In this document: piece after piece, positions 30,173 to 40,699 of the stretch
Position numbering within the stretch: position 1 is the first letter of the stretch
Layout: every line of letters starts with the position of its first letter
NCBI GenBank assembly: GCA_030699125.1
Contig: JAUYKM010000009.1
Span: 108,647-172,646, forward strand
Length of the DNA stretch: 64,000 nt
Direction: 5' to 3'
Origin: Candidatus Daviesbacteria bacterium
Lineage (GTDB): Bacteria > Patescibacteriota > Microgenomatia > Daviesbacterales > UBA10151
Position numbers and translations under genes: made by a program
The notes under the pieces: generated by a model
What the model saw: only the letters and a program-made list of their open reading frames with translations
Told to the model about the DNA's origin: nothing
The model's database searches: none

Positions 30173-31788
30173 ATAAACAAATTTTAATTCTTTTATTAAT
30201 AATAATTTTTGGTTCGTTTCTAAGGTTTTATAGACTAGATAATATACCAGTACAACTTAATCATGATGAGATTAGCCAATTGTATGATCTTAAATCAATT
30301 GTTGGAACGGGAAAAGATATCTATGGCAACTCTTATCCTTTGGCATTTCCATCAACAGGTGATTATAAACCTGGCCACTATATTTATATAAGTATGATTC
30401 CGTATCTTTTATTTGGGGATCAGGAAGTAACAATTAGAATTGCTGCAGCTTTTTTCGGAATCCTGACTATTTTGGGAACATTTTTATTTGTAAAAATTCT
30501 TACCAAAAATTGGCATGTAGCACTACTGGCGTCATTTTTAATAGCTATTACTCCTTCTGAGATTTTCTATTCCAGGAAAAGTTTCGAAAGTATTATTGGA
30601 GTATGTTTAAATCTTTTTGGTCTGTTCTATTTAATAAAAGGCCTAACTCTTAGAGGACTGAATGCGTTTATATATATAGGTATTTTGATAATGACTTTAG
30701 CGATGTATGTATACACCTCTTATGTAATAACCGTTCCGCTAACATTACTTCTGATATTTTTTATTTATTGGAAGAAGGCAAATCTTAATAGAAATAGTTT
30801 TTTTAGGATAGTTACCCTTTGGCTTATTTGTATTTTTCCGCTTATTTTTATTACTTTTACCAACAATGATTTGCGATTCCGCGCATCTTCTGTTTTTCTA
30901 ACGCAAGATCCTAATTTAGGTAAATTAATCGGTTTAACGCATAACCCATTAAAAGCATACTTTGACCTAGTGTTTGTTAAATATCTAAATCAATTTAATC
31001 CCGTTTTCCTTTTTGTAAATGGCTTGTCGCTTACTAATCAAACTATGTTGGATTCTGGCCCATTAATGATTGTTCAATTTCCGCTTATTATCATGAGTTT
31101 TATTTTTCTATTTTTGTATAAAGAATTCCTATTTCAAGGAAAATTTTTATTTTTTCTAATCTTAATTGCTATGATACCTTCATCTATAACTTTTGATGAT
31201 TTCAGTCCCCATAGGTCTGTCTTTGCATTTACCCTCTTTAGTATCATTTCAGCTTTTGGGTTATATTGGCTGATTCATGTAATTATTACATCCGAATTGA
31301 ATAAACTGTTTCAGTCAGTATTATTAGGAATTATTATGCTTATTTTAACCCTAAATTTAACCTACTTCATAAGAATATACGCATTTAGTTATCCTTATGA
31401 AAAATCTCAATATATAGAGTACCCTTTTAAGGAGGTATCTCAATATATCTGGTCACAATATGGTAATTTTGACAATATTATTTTCGACCCCAAATTTGGG
31501 ACGATTCAACCTTTTGTAGGAGTAGGAGCACAATATTATATAGCTTACTATGGAAATTTAGAGCCTATCTTTGTTCAATCTGAGTATTTAGATCTAAAAG
31601 ATAGACAGATGAGTATAGGAAAGATTAAAATCCGTCAAATTTATTGGCCAAATGATAAAAATTTGAAAAATATTTTAATAATAGGGAGTAAATGGACTAT
31701 CCCAATTAATGAACTTGATAAGGCTAAAATAATACATGAGTTCGCCTTATATGATGGTCAGCCCGCCCTTTATGCTATAAAGTTGTAG
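30169..31788 (+). CDS. ArnT/PMT-like GT-C glycosyltransferase
   Basis: PVQLNHDE...TGKDIYG...GDYKP, YSRKSFE. ATGA overlap with the upstream gene (alternative ATG at 30157). Confidence 0.8.
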   Translation: MNKQILILLLIIIFGSFLRFYRLDNIPVQLNHDEISQLYDLKSIVGTGKDIYGNSYPLAFPSTGDYKPGHYIYISMIPYLLFGDQEVTIRIAAAFFGILTILGTFLFVKILTKNWHVALLASFLIAITPSEIFYSRKSFESIIGVCLNLFGLFYLIKGLTLRGLNAFIYIGILIMTLAMYVYTSYVITVPLTLLLIFFIYWKKANLNRNSFFRIVTLWLICIFPLIFITFTNNDLRFRASSVFLTQDPNLGKLIGLTHNPLKAYFDLVFVKYLNQFNPVFLFVNGLSLTNQTMLDSGPLMIVQFPLIIMSFIFLFLYKEFLFQGKFLFFLILIAMIPSSITFDDFSPHRSVFAFTLFSIISAFGLYWLIHVIITSELNKLFQSVLLGIIMLILTLNLTYFIRIYAFSYPYEKSQYIEYPFKEVSQYIWSQYGNFDNIIFDPKFGTIQPFVGVGAQYYIAYYGNLEPIFVQSEYLDLKDRQMSIGKIKIRQIYWPNDKNLKNILIIGSKWTIPINELDKAKIIHEFALYDGQPALYAIKL

Positions 31789-31812
31789 AAATTAGCTTTT
31801 ATCTTTCCAAAT

Positions 31813-31821
31813 TGTTAACAT
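31813..31821 (+). promoter_or_regulatory. Putative extended -10 (TGnTAACAT), leaderless
   Basis: TG-T-TAACAT lies 6 nt before GTG 31828 in one of the few intergenic gaps. Confidence 0.4.
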
Positions 31822-31827
31822 TAATTG

Positions 31828-33483
31828 GTGAATAGAAAATTTCTCATTTTCTTTCTTGGGCTAATTTTACTATTTTCTTTTATCTTACGGTTTTATAAAG
31901 TAAACGAAATCCCACCATCTTTAAACTGGGATGAGGTATCCATTGCCTATAATGCTTACTCTATTTTAAAAACCGGCAAAGATGAGTGGGGACAATTTTT
32001 CCCCGTACATTTTAAGGCTTACGGAGAATATAAACTTCCAGTCCAAGTTTACGGTTCAATTCCAGGAATTACCATTTTTGGATTAAATGAGTTAGGGGTA
32101 AGGATTACGCCGGTTGTTTATGGAACTTTGACAGTATTGATAATGTTTTTTTTGGGACAAGTCTTATTTAGAAATAATCTAGTTGGTCTTTTGTCATCAT
32201 TTCTTCTGGCCATCTCTCCTTGGCATATCCAGTTAACTCGTGCCTCTTACGAATCGTCATTTGCTCTTTTTTGGGTAATTCTCGGGACGTGGTTACTTAT
32301 TAAAGGATTTGAGGATAGAAAGTGGTTTATATGGTCCATGATTCCTTTTGCAGCTTCAGTTTTTACATATAACAGTGCCAGGATTTTTACTCCTTTATTT
32401 TTGATGGCTGTTGCCATTATTTATAGACATCATTTGATAAAAGTAAAAAGAACTGTCTTAATCTCTATGATAGTCTTTACCATACTGATATTACCGTTAA
32501 CCCCATTTCTATTTGGTGGGGAAAGGAGCGCCAGATATAAATTGGTTAGCATAACAGATGATCCGGGACTTATTCCCAGAATTGAAGAAAGAAGAAATAA
32601 TTCAATTCTTCCCTCTCCTCTGACTAGATTAATCCATAACAGAATAACCTATGTGTCATTTTATTTCACCAGAAATTATTTAGCTCATTTTACCCCGGAC
32701 TTTTTATTCATTAATGGCGCACCTCATAAACAGCATCATGTACAGGGAATGGGGCAGCTATATTGGTTCCAGGCGCCATTTTTATTTCTAGGATTCTTTC
32801 TTTTATTCAAAAAGAAAAATGAATTTAGATGGTTGATAATGAGTTGGATTCTTCTTATTTATATACCTGTGTCCGTGACTAATGATAGTATTCCTCACGC
32901 CTTGCGGTCTGCCATAGCTACACCAGTCTATCAACTTCTTACGGCTTTTGGCATATATCAAGCCTATCTATTGATAAAAAATAAAAAGATGCTGTGGCAA
33001 TTTTTATTATGGGGGATAGTGGTAACAATAGGATTATGGCAGTTTATAAGTTACTTAATAAATTACTACACCATTTATCCCAAAAATTATTCCAGAGATT
33101 GGCAGTATGGTTATAAGCAAGTGCTGGAATATATAAGGGTACACAAAGATGAATATGACGAGATTGTTTTTACCAGACATTTCGGAGAACCGCATATGTT
33201 TACTTTATTCTACCTAAATTATGATCCAGCGAAATACCAAACTGATCCGAATTTAGTCAGATTCGAAACCTATGATTGGGTGAGAGTATTAAGATTTGAT
33301 AAATACTACTTCCCTGATTTAGGAGATAGAGAAACTCAATTTGCAGATATTGTTAGGGATAATCCGGGAGAGAAATTGTTATTTATTGGTAGAGAAGGAG
33401 ATTTTCCAAAAGAAATGCCACGACTTTTGTCCATAGACTTTTTAAATGGTGATAATGCCTTTGATGTTGTAGAGGTCAGATGA
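31828..33483 (+). CDS. ArnT/PMT-like GT-C glycosyltransferase
   Basis: PPSLNWDEVSIAYNAYSILKTGKDEWG...GEYKLP, SPWHIQLTR, PHALRS, WQYG. Confidence 0.85.
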   Translation: MNRKFLIFFLGLILLFSFILRFYKVNEIPPSLNWDEVSIAYNAYSILKTGKDEWGQFFPVHFKAYGEYKLPVQVYGSIPGITIFGLNELGVRITPVVYGTLTVLIMFFLGQVLFRNNLVGLLSSFLLAISPWHIQLTRASYESSFALFWVILGTWLLIKGFEDRKWFIWSMIPFAASVFTYNSARIFTPLFLMAVAIIYRHHLIKVKRTVLISMIVFTILILPLTPFLFGGERSARYKLVSITDDPGLIPRIEERRNNSILPSPLTRLIHNRITYVSFYFTRNYLAHFTPDFLFINGAPHKQHHVQGMGQLYWFQAPFLFLGFFLLFKKKNEFRWLIMSWILLIYIPVSVTNDSIPHALRSAIATPVYQLLTAFGIYQAYLLIKNKKMLWQFLLWGIVVTIGLWQFISYLINYYTIYPKNYSRDWQYGYKQVLEYIRVHKDEYDEIVFTRHFGEPHMFTLFYLNYDPAKYQTDPNLVRFETYDWVRVLRFDKYYFPDLGDRETQFADIVRDNPGEKLLFIGREGDFPKEMPRLLSIDFLNGDNAFDVVEVR

Positions 33484-34877
33484 AGAATTCAACAATTCTA
33501 TTAACCATAATTTGTGTTCTTTTTCTCATTACACATCTATATAAAATTGGTGAAATTCCACCTTCAGTTTATTGGGATGAGGCATCAATTGGCTATAATG
33601 CATATTCCATTGCCCAGACTGGAAAAGATGAATGGGGGGATTTTTTGCCGATACACTTTAGGGCATTTGGAGAATTTAAATTACCTGTATATATTTATTC
33701 TGTAGTGGCTTTCGTACAACTTTTCGGACTAAATGAGTTTTCAGTTAGAATTCCTGCAGTTTTATTTTCATTGGGAAGTATAATTTTTACTTTTTTATTG
33801 GCAAAGAAATTGTCAGGAAATGAAACTGTTGGATTATTTGGTGCTTTCCTCCTTGCCATTTCACCCTGGTTTTTTATTTTTTCAAGAATAGGGTTTGAGG
33901 TAACTGCAGGACTGATGTTTTATCTTTTGGGAATCGTACTCTTTTTAAAAGCCGAAAATAAAGGTAAGTTTATCCTTTTTTCCATAATTAGTTTTATTCT
34001 AAGTGCTTATAGTTACAATAGTTTTAGAATTATCTCACCATTAACGCTCTTGGCACTGATTATTTTTGAGTACGGTAACTTGAAGGAAGTTTCAAGCAAG
34101 AACAAAGTTTATTTTCTTACATCAATTATCCTTTTATTTTTAGCTGCTATACCAATTCTCAGATTATATGTTTTTGATGCCGGTATTGCTAGATTCCAAA
34201 CGGTTGGAGAGATGTCTACCTTAACTATAGTAAATAATTATCTCTCGCATTTTGATCCGATTTTTTTATTTATCCAGGGAGATAATAATTTAAGGCATCA
34301 GCAAGCTGGTTTCGGACAACTTTATTTTCCGGAACTTGCACCTATTATAATAGGATTAATTTATATGTTTAGGAGTAAATTTAAATATAGGTGGATTCTC
34401 CTAATAATAATTTTTATTTCACCCATTCCTGCTGCAATTACCAAGGAGTCACCACATGCTTTGAGGTCTTTATCCATGGTGCCATTCATTCATATTACTT
34501 CAGCGATGGGAGTTTTTTATTTGACACAATTCTTCAGGCAAAAAATGCTGATAAGTCTAACCTTAGTTACTGTATTTTTAATCTTTTTTGTTAATTACTT
34601 TATTAATTTCATAACTATTTATCCGAAAGAGTCTGCAGGCTGGTGGCAATTTAATTATAAAAAAATATTTACAGATTCAAAACTTCAATCTGAAAATGAA
34701 AACAAAATTTATATATCTGACAAGGAAGGACAACCATATATTTTTGCTCTATTTTATTTAAAGTATAATCCGGAAAAATTCAGAGAAGAAGTTGAAAGAA
34801 ACAGTGTCGATATGTGGGGTTTCTCAACTGTTAAAAGTTTTTCTAATTTTGAGTTTGGGGATTATAATGAAAAATAA
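33480..34877 (+). CDS. ArnT/PMT-like GT-C glycosyltransferase
   Basis: PPSVYWDEASIGYNAYSIAQTGKDEWG...GEFKLP, GDNNLRH, PHALRS, QPYIF. Confidence 0.85.
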   Translation: MKNSTILLTIICVLFLITHLYKIGEIPPSVYWDEASIGYNAYSIAQTGKDEWGDFLPIHFRAFGEFKLPVYIYSVVAFVQLFGLNEFSVRIPAVLFSLGSIIFTFLLAKKLSGNETVGLFGAFLLAISPWFFIFSRIGFEVTAGLMFYLLGIVLFLKAENKGKFILFSIISFILSAYSYNSFRIISPLTLLALIIFEYGNLKEVSSKNKVYFLTSIILLFLAAIPILRLYVFDAGIARFQTVGEMSTLTIVNNYLSHFDPIFLFIQGDNNLRHQQAGFGQLYFPELAPIIIGLIYMFRSKFKYRWILLIIIFISPIPAAITKESPHALRSLSMVPFIHITSAMGVFYLTQFFRQKMLISLTLVTVFLIFFVNYFINFITIYPKESAGWWQFNYKKIFTDSKLQSENENKIYISDKEGQPYIFALFYLKYNPEKFREEVERNSVDMWGFSTVKSFSNFEFGDYNEK

Positions 34878-36462
34878 CTTAATTAAGATATTATTAATCC
34901 TGATATTGATTCTTTCCGCCGTTGTTCGGATTTATCGTTTAGATAGTGTTCCTCCCTCAATCTCTTGGGATGAGGCAGCAGTAGGTTACAATGCCTGGAC
35001 GATCAGTGAGTATGGCAAAGATGAGTATGGGAAAAGCTTTCCCCTAACATTTAAATCTTTTGGAGATGATAAACATTCTGTCCACATTTACTTAACTGCC
35101 ATTTCTGTAAAACTTTTCGGTTTATCTGAATTTACTACTAGATTGCCAGCTGCCCTTTTTGGAATTTTCAATATCTTCTTAATATTTTATTTAGGCAAAT
35201 TGCTTTTTAGAAATGAGTGGATAGGAATTATGGCAGCAGTATTTCTTGCCATTTCACCATACCATATCCAATTTTCCAGATTTAATCATGAATTAAACTT
35301 TGCATTATTTTTCTTTTTATTGGGATTAATAACATTTATTAGAGGATTAGAAGGAAGAAAATGGTTACTTACAGCCTCATTTATTAGTTTTGGATTAGAT
35401 TTGTTAAGTTATCATAGTGCTAAGGTAGTTGTTATTCCCTTCATATTAATCTTAATATTGATGTATTTTCAAAACCTTTGGAAAATGAGGATTTATTTTT
35501 TCTTGGGTATAGTTTTTCTACTATTTTTTTTGGGGCTAATTTTTTTAAATCCTACTTTGTTGGGTATAGCAAGGGCAAAACAAACTGCTCTTCCTCAGTC
35601 AGATATTAATGATACCAAGCTTTATAAATTTTTTCAAAATCAATACTTAGGTTATTCAGAAAGATTAGTTCAAAATTACCTGTCTCATTTTAATCCGGAA
35701 TATTTATTTATTAAGGGTGGAGAAAATACTAAATTTTCTACTCACCAAGTTGGGGAATTTTATAAGATTGACGCCCTTTTCTTATTAGTAGGTTTTTTAG
35801 CTTTAGTATTAAAAAAAACAAGGACATCAATAATTTTGCTTTCTTGGGCTTTACTAGCACCGATTCCTTCTAGTTTAACTAACGAAGCTCCTCATGCAGG
35901 GAGAGCACTATATATGATGGGAAGTTGGCATCTAGTCTCAGTATATGGTTTTTATATAATTTTTACCAAATTAAAAGGTAGAAAATTTATGCATAGCTTA
36001 ATAGCAGTAACCTTTTTTATTTTGTTTATTTCATTTATAACTCATCTAAAATATTATTTTGAAAAATATCCTAGGGAAAATGCAATCGACTGGCAATATG
36101 GAATGAAACAAGTAGTAGAGTTTATTAAGACTAGTCCTCAATATAATTATATATACATGACAGATAGTAGATTTCAACCTTACATCTTCTTTTTGTATTA
36201 CCTGAAAACTCCGCTACCTGAATATTTATTGAGAGTCGTTTATAATAATTCGGAAAGCAAAAGTTATAGTATGGTATCTTATTTTGATAAATATTTTTTT
36301 GGAGGATGGGATACAGCAGAAAGTGTGCCACAAAAGGACGTATTATATATCTTAACTCCTTATGAGTACGATGGTTTAAAATATAAAAGTAAATTTGATA
36401 TAAGAAAGAAAGTTCAATATCCTAACGGAATTGACGCTTTCTTTATAGTGAGTGGAAACTAG
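34867..36462 (+). CDS. ArnT/PMT-like GT-C glycosyltransferase
   Basis: PPSISWDEAAVGYNAW...GKDEYG...GDDK, PHAGR, WQYG, QPYIF. First ATG is at 34867. Confidence 0.85.
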   Translation: MKNNLIKILLILILILSAVVRIYRLDSVPPSISWDEAAVGYNAWTISEYGKDEYGKSFPLTFKSFGDDKHSVHIYLTAISVKLFGLSEFTTRLPAALFGIFNIFLIFYLGKLLFRNEWIGIMAAVFLAISPYHIQFSRFNHELNFALFFFLLGLITFIRGLEGRKWLLTASFISFGLDLLSYHSAKVVVIPFILILILMYFQNLWKMRIYFFLGIVFLLFFLGLIFLNPTLLGIARAKQTALPQSDINDTKLYKFFQNQYLGYSERLVQNYLSHFNPEYLFIKGGENTKFSTHQVGEFYKIDALFLLVGFLALVLKKTRTSIILLSWALLAPIPSSLTNEAPHAGRALYMMGSWHLVSVYGFYIIFTKLKGRKFMHSLIAVTFFILFISFITHLKYYFEKYPRENAIDWQYGMKQVVEFIKTSPQYNYIYMTDSRFQPYIFFLYYLKTPLPEYLLRVVYNNSESKSYSMVSYFDKYFFGGWDTAESVPQKDVLYILTPYEYDGLKYKSKFDIRKKVQYPNGIDAFFIVSGN

Positions 36463-36476
36463 AAAAAAGTTAAATT

Positions 36477-37232
36477 ATGAATAGACTTTCAGTAGTTTTG
36501 GCAACCTATAACGAGGAAAAAAACTTAGAAGATTGTTTAAGGAGTATTTGTGATATTGCTTGGGAAATTGTTGTAGTAGATGGAGCATCTCAAGATAAAA
36601 CTGTTGCTATTGCCAAAAAGTATGGAGCAAAGGTATCCATAACTGATAATCCGCAAAACTTTCATATTAATAAAAATAAAGCCATAGATAAAGCAGTCGG
36701 AGATTGGATATTTCAGCTAGATGCTGATGAAAGAGTGACAGAAGAGTTAAAAAGAGAGATAAGGCAAGCAATTGGTAAAAATGAGCAAGTAAACGGTTAT
36801 TGGATACCACGAAAAAACTTTTTTTTGGGAAGATTTTTAAAAAAAGGTGGTCAATATCCTGACTATACTTTAAGGTTATATAAAAAGGGTAAAGGGAAAC
36901 TTCCTGCGAAAGATGTGCATGAGCAAGCCGAGGTAGAAGGTAAGGTAGGTTATTTAAAAAATGATTTATTACATATTCGAGATAAAAACTTCTCGACTTA
37001 TATGGACGGATTTAATAGATATACTGACTTAATGGCAAATGATTTGAAAAAGAGAAAAGATGGAAAGTTGTTGTCCTTTTTTAATTTTGTTTTTTTAAAG
37101 CCTGCGATCTGGTTTATGAAAGCATACATTAGACACAAAGGTTTTGAAGATGGATTTCCTGGTTTTATTTTTGCTCTTTTTTCTTCGTTAAGATTTCCTG
37201 TATCATATTTTAAATATCTAACCAATGATTAA
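36477..37232 (+). CDS. GT2 glycosyltransferase (KdtX-like)
   Basis: SVVLATYNEE, LDADER, IPRKNFF, YPDY, VHEQ, GFEDGFPG. Confidence 0.85.
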   Translation: MNRLSVVLATYNEEKNLEDCLRSICDIAWEIVVVDGASQDKTVAIAKKYGAKVSITDNPQNFHINKNKAIDKAVGDWIFQLDADERVTEELKREIRQAIGKNEQVNGYWIPRKNFFLGRFLKKGGQYPDYTLRLYKKGKGKLPAKDVHEQAEVEGKVGYLKNDLLHIRDKNFSTYMDGFNRYTDLMANDLKKRKDGKLLSFFNFVFLKPAIWFMKAYIRHKGFEDGFPGFIFALFSSLRFPVSYFKYLTND

Positions 37233-38295
37233 AGTAGCCATAAGTAAGTACCCGCTAATAAGTGCCCATAAAAAAAGAGGTATTGGTTACTATACGCAAA
37301 ATCTTATAGATCAGCTAAAAAAAGATAAATCTATTTCAATTCAGGAATTTGTCAATCAATCTGAGGTAAAAGATACAGATGTAATTCATTATCCCTGGTT
37401 TGATCTGTATTCCCATACCTTACCAATAAAAAATAAATTTCCGACTGTCGTGACAATTCATGATGTGATCCCACTTATTTTTCGGAAGAATTACCCAGTC
37501 GGTATTAAGGGTAAGTTTAATTTCTTTTTGCAAAAAATTTCGCTAAATAATTGTCGGGCCATCATCACTGATTCTGAAGCTTCTAAAAAAGATATCAAGA
37601 AATACCTAAAGATTGAAGACGAAAAAATATTTATTGTATATTTGGCAGTAGATGAATCATTTAAAAAAATAAATGAATCGCAATTAATTCGTTTAAGAAG
37701 AAAATATCATTTACCACAGAGATTTATCCTGTACTCGGGCGATGCCAATTGGACTAAGAACCTCCCTTTTTTGGTAAAAGGCTTTAAAAATTTAGTAAAT
37801 ATAAAAGGGTATGATGATATTAAATTAGTGCTAATTTCAGATGTTTTTTTAAAAAAATTAGATAACATAGATCACCCGGAACTTAATAGTTTAAAAGACA
37901 CTTTAAAATTTATTGAAACAAATTTGGAAGGAAAAGTAATTACACCAGGATTTGTGGAAAAGGATGAATTGGTGGCTTTTTACAATCTGGCAACAGTTTA
38001 TGTTCAGCCTTCTCTTTACGAGGGTTTTGGTTTACCCATACTACAGGCTTTAGCTTGCGGAACTCCGACAGTCTCTTCCAGTGCCGGATCTTTGCCGGAA
38101 GTAGGGGGAAAAACTGCTCTGTATTTTGATCCGAATAATTTAGAACAGTTTAGTTCACTACTAAAAGAAACAATTAATGATGAGTCGTTAAGAAGTAGAT
38201 TAACCATCTTGGGTTTGGAGCAGGCTAAAAAATTTTCCTGGGAAAAAGTAGCGGCGGAAACAAAAAATGTTTATCTAAAAGCTTTAAGGAAGTAG
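37225..38295 (+). CDS. GT4 glycosyltransferase (mannosyltransferase MtfB-like)
   Basis: RGIGYY, VVTIHDVIP, PSLYEGFGLPILQALACGTP, SLPEVGG, FSWEK. Confidence 0.9.
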   Translation: MIKVAISKYPLISAHKKRGIGYYTQNLIDQLKKDKSISIQEFVNQSEVKDTDVIHYPWFDLYSHTLPIKNKFPTVVTIHDVIPLIFRKNYPVGIKGKFNFFLQKISLNNCRAIITDSEASKKDIKKYLKIEDEKIFIVYLAVDESFKKINESQLIRLRRKYHLPQRFILYSGDANWTKNLPFLVKGFKNLVNIKGYDDIKLVLISDVFLKKLDNIDHPELNSLKDTLKFIETNLEGKVITPGFVEKDELVAFYNLATVYVQPSLYEGFGLPILQALACGTPTVSSSAGSLPEVGGKTALYFDPNNLEQFSSLLKETINDESLRSRLTILGLEQAKKFSWEKVAAETKNVYLKALRK

Positions 38296-38303
38296 ATAGT
38301 TGG

Positions 38304-39449
38304 ATGAAGAAAGATCTCTTAAAAATCATTTATATTTTTTTGACATGGAGAGTGTTATTGATACTTTTTTTATTTTTTGCTATTACATCTGTACCCCTAG
38401 GTTATAAGGATCGTTTTTTAGGGGGAGGAGCTAATCTTTACTCCCTCTCTCCGCAGCTCTTTTCATGGGCTAATTTTGACGGAGAACATTATCTCTCCAT
38501 TGCCTATATAGGTTATAGAGGTTTGGAACAAGCCTTTTTCCCGGTTTATCCTATGTTAATTTCATTTTTGAGTAAACCGTTTGTAAATGATATTTATTCA
38601 TCATTAGTATTTGGAACAGTTGTGGGAATAATTATATCCAGTGTGGCTTTCTTTTTGGCATTAATAATTTTGTGGAAGACAATCAGAATAGACTATTCTA
38701 AAAATATTGCTTTCTTAACACTGACTGCTCTTATATTGTTCCCTACCTCTTTCTATTTCGGAGCGGTTTATAGTGAGTCGATATTCCTACTTTTATCGGT
38801 ACTATCATTCTATTTTGCTAAAAGAAATAAATGGGTAATGGCATCTATTTTTGGCTTTATAGCTTCGGCCACCAGAATCTTTGGATTGCTACTTTTACCC
38901 GCACTGTTAATAGAAGCATATCAGAGGAGAATTCCTTTTAAGAAAATTGTCTGGCTTTTCATTATTCCGTTGGGCCTGGGAGTATATATGTTATATCAAA
39001 ATTTAACAGTGGGGGATCCTTTGGCTTTTTACCATCTACAAAAAATAGTAGGAGAACAACATCAGTCTGGGCTAACTATTCTGCCGCAGGTATATTTTAG
39101 ATACCTTAAAATGCTTTTAACTGTTGATATGGCGAATCCCATCTATCAGACAATTCTATTAGAATTTGTTGTGGGGATAGTATTTTTTCTGCTACCAATT
39201 TACGGATATTTCAAAAAGGTGAAACTGTCTTATCTTTTCTATGCTATGGTAGGTTTTTTACTGCCATCAATTCAGGGTAGTTTTTCATCTGTACCGCGGT
39301 ATGTAATTGTTTTCTTTCCGTCATTTTTGATTATTGCTTTATGGCTTGAAAAATTGCCTCAAGTTTTAAGATTAATTATTTTTTTAGGAATGTCAATTGC
39401 GTTATTTGTAGAAACAACTCTTTTTCTGAGAGGATATTGGGTCGCATGA
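38304..39449 (+). CDS. GT76/PIG-V-like mannosyltransferase (GT-C)
   Basis: WANFDGEHYLSIA..GY....AFFPVYP, FPTSFY..AVYSES.F, TR..G, S.PRY....FP. Confidence 0.75.
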   Translation: MKKDLLKIIYIFLTWRVLLILFLFFAITSVPLGYKDRFLGGGANLYSLSPQLFSWANFDGEHYLSIAYIGYRGLEQAFFPVYPMLISFLSKPFVNDIYSSLVFGTVVGIIISSVAFFLALIILWKTIRIDYSKNIAFLTLTALILFPTSFYFGAVYSESIFLLLSVLSFYFAKRNKWVMASIFGFIASATRIFGLLLLPALLIEAYQRRIPFKKIVWLFIIPLGLGVYMLYQNLTVGDPLAFYHLQKIVGEQHQSGLTILPQVYFRYLKMLLTVDMANPIYQTILLEFVVGIVFFLLPIYGYFKKVKLSYLFYAMVGFLLPSIQGSFSSVPRYVIVFFPSFLIIALWLEKLPQVLRLIIFLGMSIALFVETTLFLRGYWVA

Positions 39450-40699
39450 AAAGATATATCAAAGAATTAATCACACATCCGTTATTTTCTGGAAGTGCCA
39501 TTATGGTGATTGGAAGCAATGCCATAAACGTTCTCAACTATTTATACCATTTACTCATGGGAAGAATGTTGGGACCTTCCTTTTATGGAGAATTGGCTGC
39601 CCTTATCTCTTTCATGGGTCTTTTGGCGGTCATCCCCTCCTCTCTTAGCTTAGTAATTATCAAGTATGTTTCTGCCGCAAAAAATAAAAAAGAAACGGCC
39701 AGTTTAATAAAATGGCTACAAGCAAGAGGTATCAAAGTGTCAATGATTATGTTTGGTTTTACCTTAATCATATCTCCCATAATTGCCAACTTTTTACATA
39801 TAGGTAAGATTAGTTACTTAATATTAATTGCTGTATCATTTTTATTTTCCATTCAAACTTTAATTAATAGATCAATTCTTCAGGGATTATTAAAGTTTAA
39901 AGAGACAGTGTTGACTATTCTTTCAGAATCAATTGTTAAATTAGCCAGCAGTATGGTGTTAATATTTATCGGGTTTCGAGTAGGCGGAGCTATGTTGGCT
40001 TTAGCAATCTCTGTATTCCTAGGATGGTATATGACAACGGTTTATCTGAAAGGTAGTTTGCAGGGTCAAGGAGAATACTCTCCCAATATTAAAAAGATGC
40101 TGATGTTTAGTATTCCCGTTATATTACAATCATTGGCTACATCCTCCATTTATTCGTCAGATGTACTTTTAGTTAAACACTTTTTTACATCACACGACGC
40201 TGGGATTTATGCTTCCCTTTCAACTTTAGGAAAAATTATTTTTTTTGGGGCTGCGCCAATTGGGTCAGTAATGTTCCCACTTGTTTCCAAAAGACAATCT
40301 CAGGGACAGGATTATAGAAAAATATTTATCTATAGTTTATTGGGTACATCGCTTTTAGCAAGTGGAGTATTGTTAATATATTGGTTATTTCCAGAGCTTG
40401 CTGTCAGCTTACTTTATGGTTCTGCGTATTTAGAGGCTACTAGTCTATTAATTTGGTTTGGAATTTTTATCACTCTTTTTACACTATCATTTCTAATTAT
40501 TAATTATGGGCTTTCGTTGGGTAGAACTTCAGTTGTTATTTTTCCCCTGATTGCTGCCTTTTTACAAATTATAATGATTTGGTTTTATCATCAAACTCTA
40601 CTTGAGGTAATAATTATTTCTCTAGTAATCTCTGCTTTACTACTAGTAAGTTTGATTATATACTCTCTTTATGATTCGGGAGGCTCAAAAAAGAACTAG
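39446..40699 (+). CDS. wzx: Wzx-like oligosaccharide flippase
   Basis: NYLYHLLMGRMLGP..YG, DVLLVKHFF...AGIYA, VMFPLVS, LLYG..Y; about 12 TM. ATGA overlap. Confidence 0.8.
   Translation: MKRYIKELITHPLFSGSAIMVIGSNAINVLNYLYHLLMGRMLGPSFYGELAALISFMGLLAVIPSSLSLVIIKYVSAAKNKKETASLIKWLQARGIKVSMIMFGFTLIISPIIANFLHIGKISYLILIAVSFLFSIQTLINRSILQGLLKFKETVLTILSESIVKLASSMVLIFIGFRVGGAMLALAISVFLGWYMTTVYLKGSLQGQGEYSPNIKKMLMFSIPVILQSLATSSIYSSDVLLVKHFFTSHDAGIYASLSTLGKIIFFGAAPIGSVMFPLVSKRQSQGQDYRKIFIYSLLGTSLLASGVLLIYWLFPELAVSLLYGSAYLEATSLLIWFGIFITLFTLSFLIINYGLSLGRTSVVIFPLIAAFLQIIMIWFYHQTLLEVIIISLVISALLLVSLIIYSLYDSGGSKKN

Noticed and set aside
34792-34866. Upstream TTG start for the 34867 gene (likewise 2565, 27024, 39437, 61435)
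   Set aside because: A downstream ATG fits translational coupling and the expected N-termini better.
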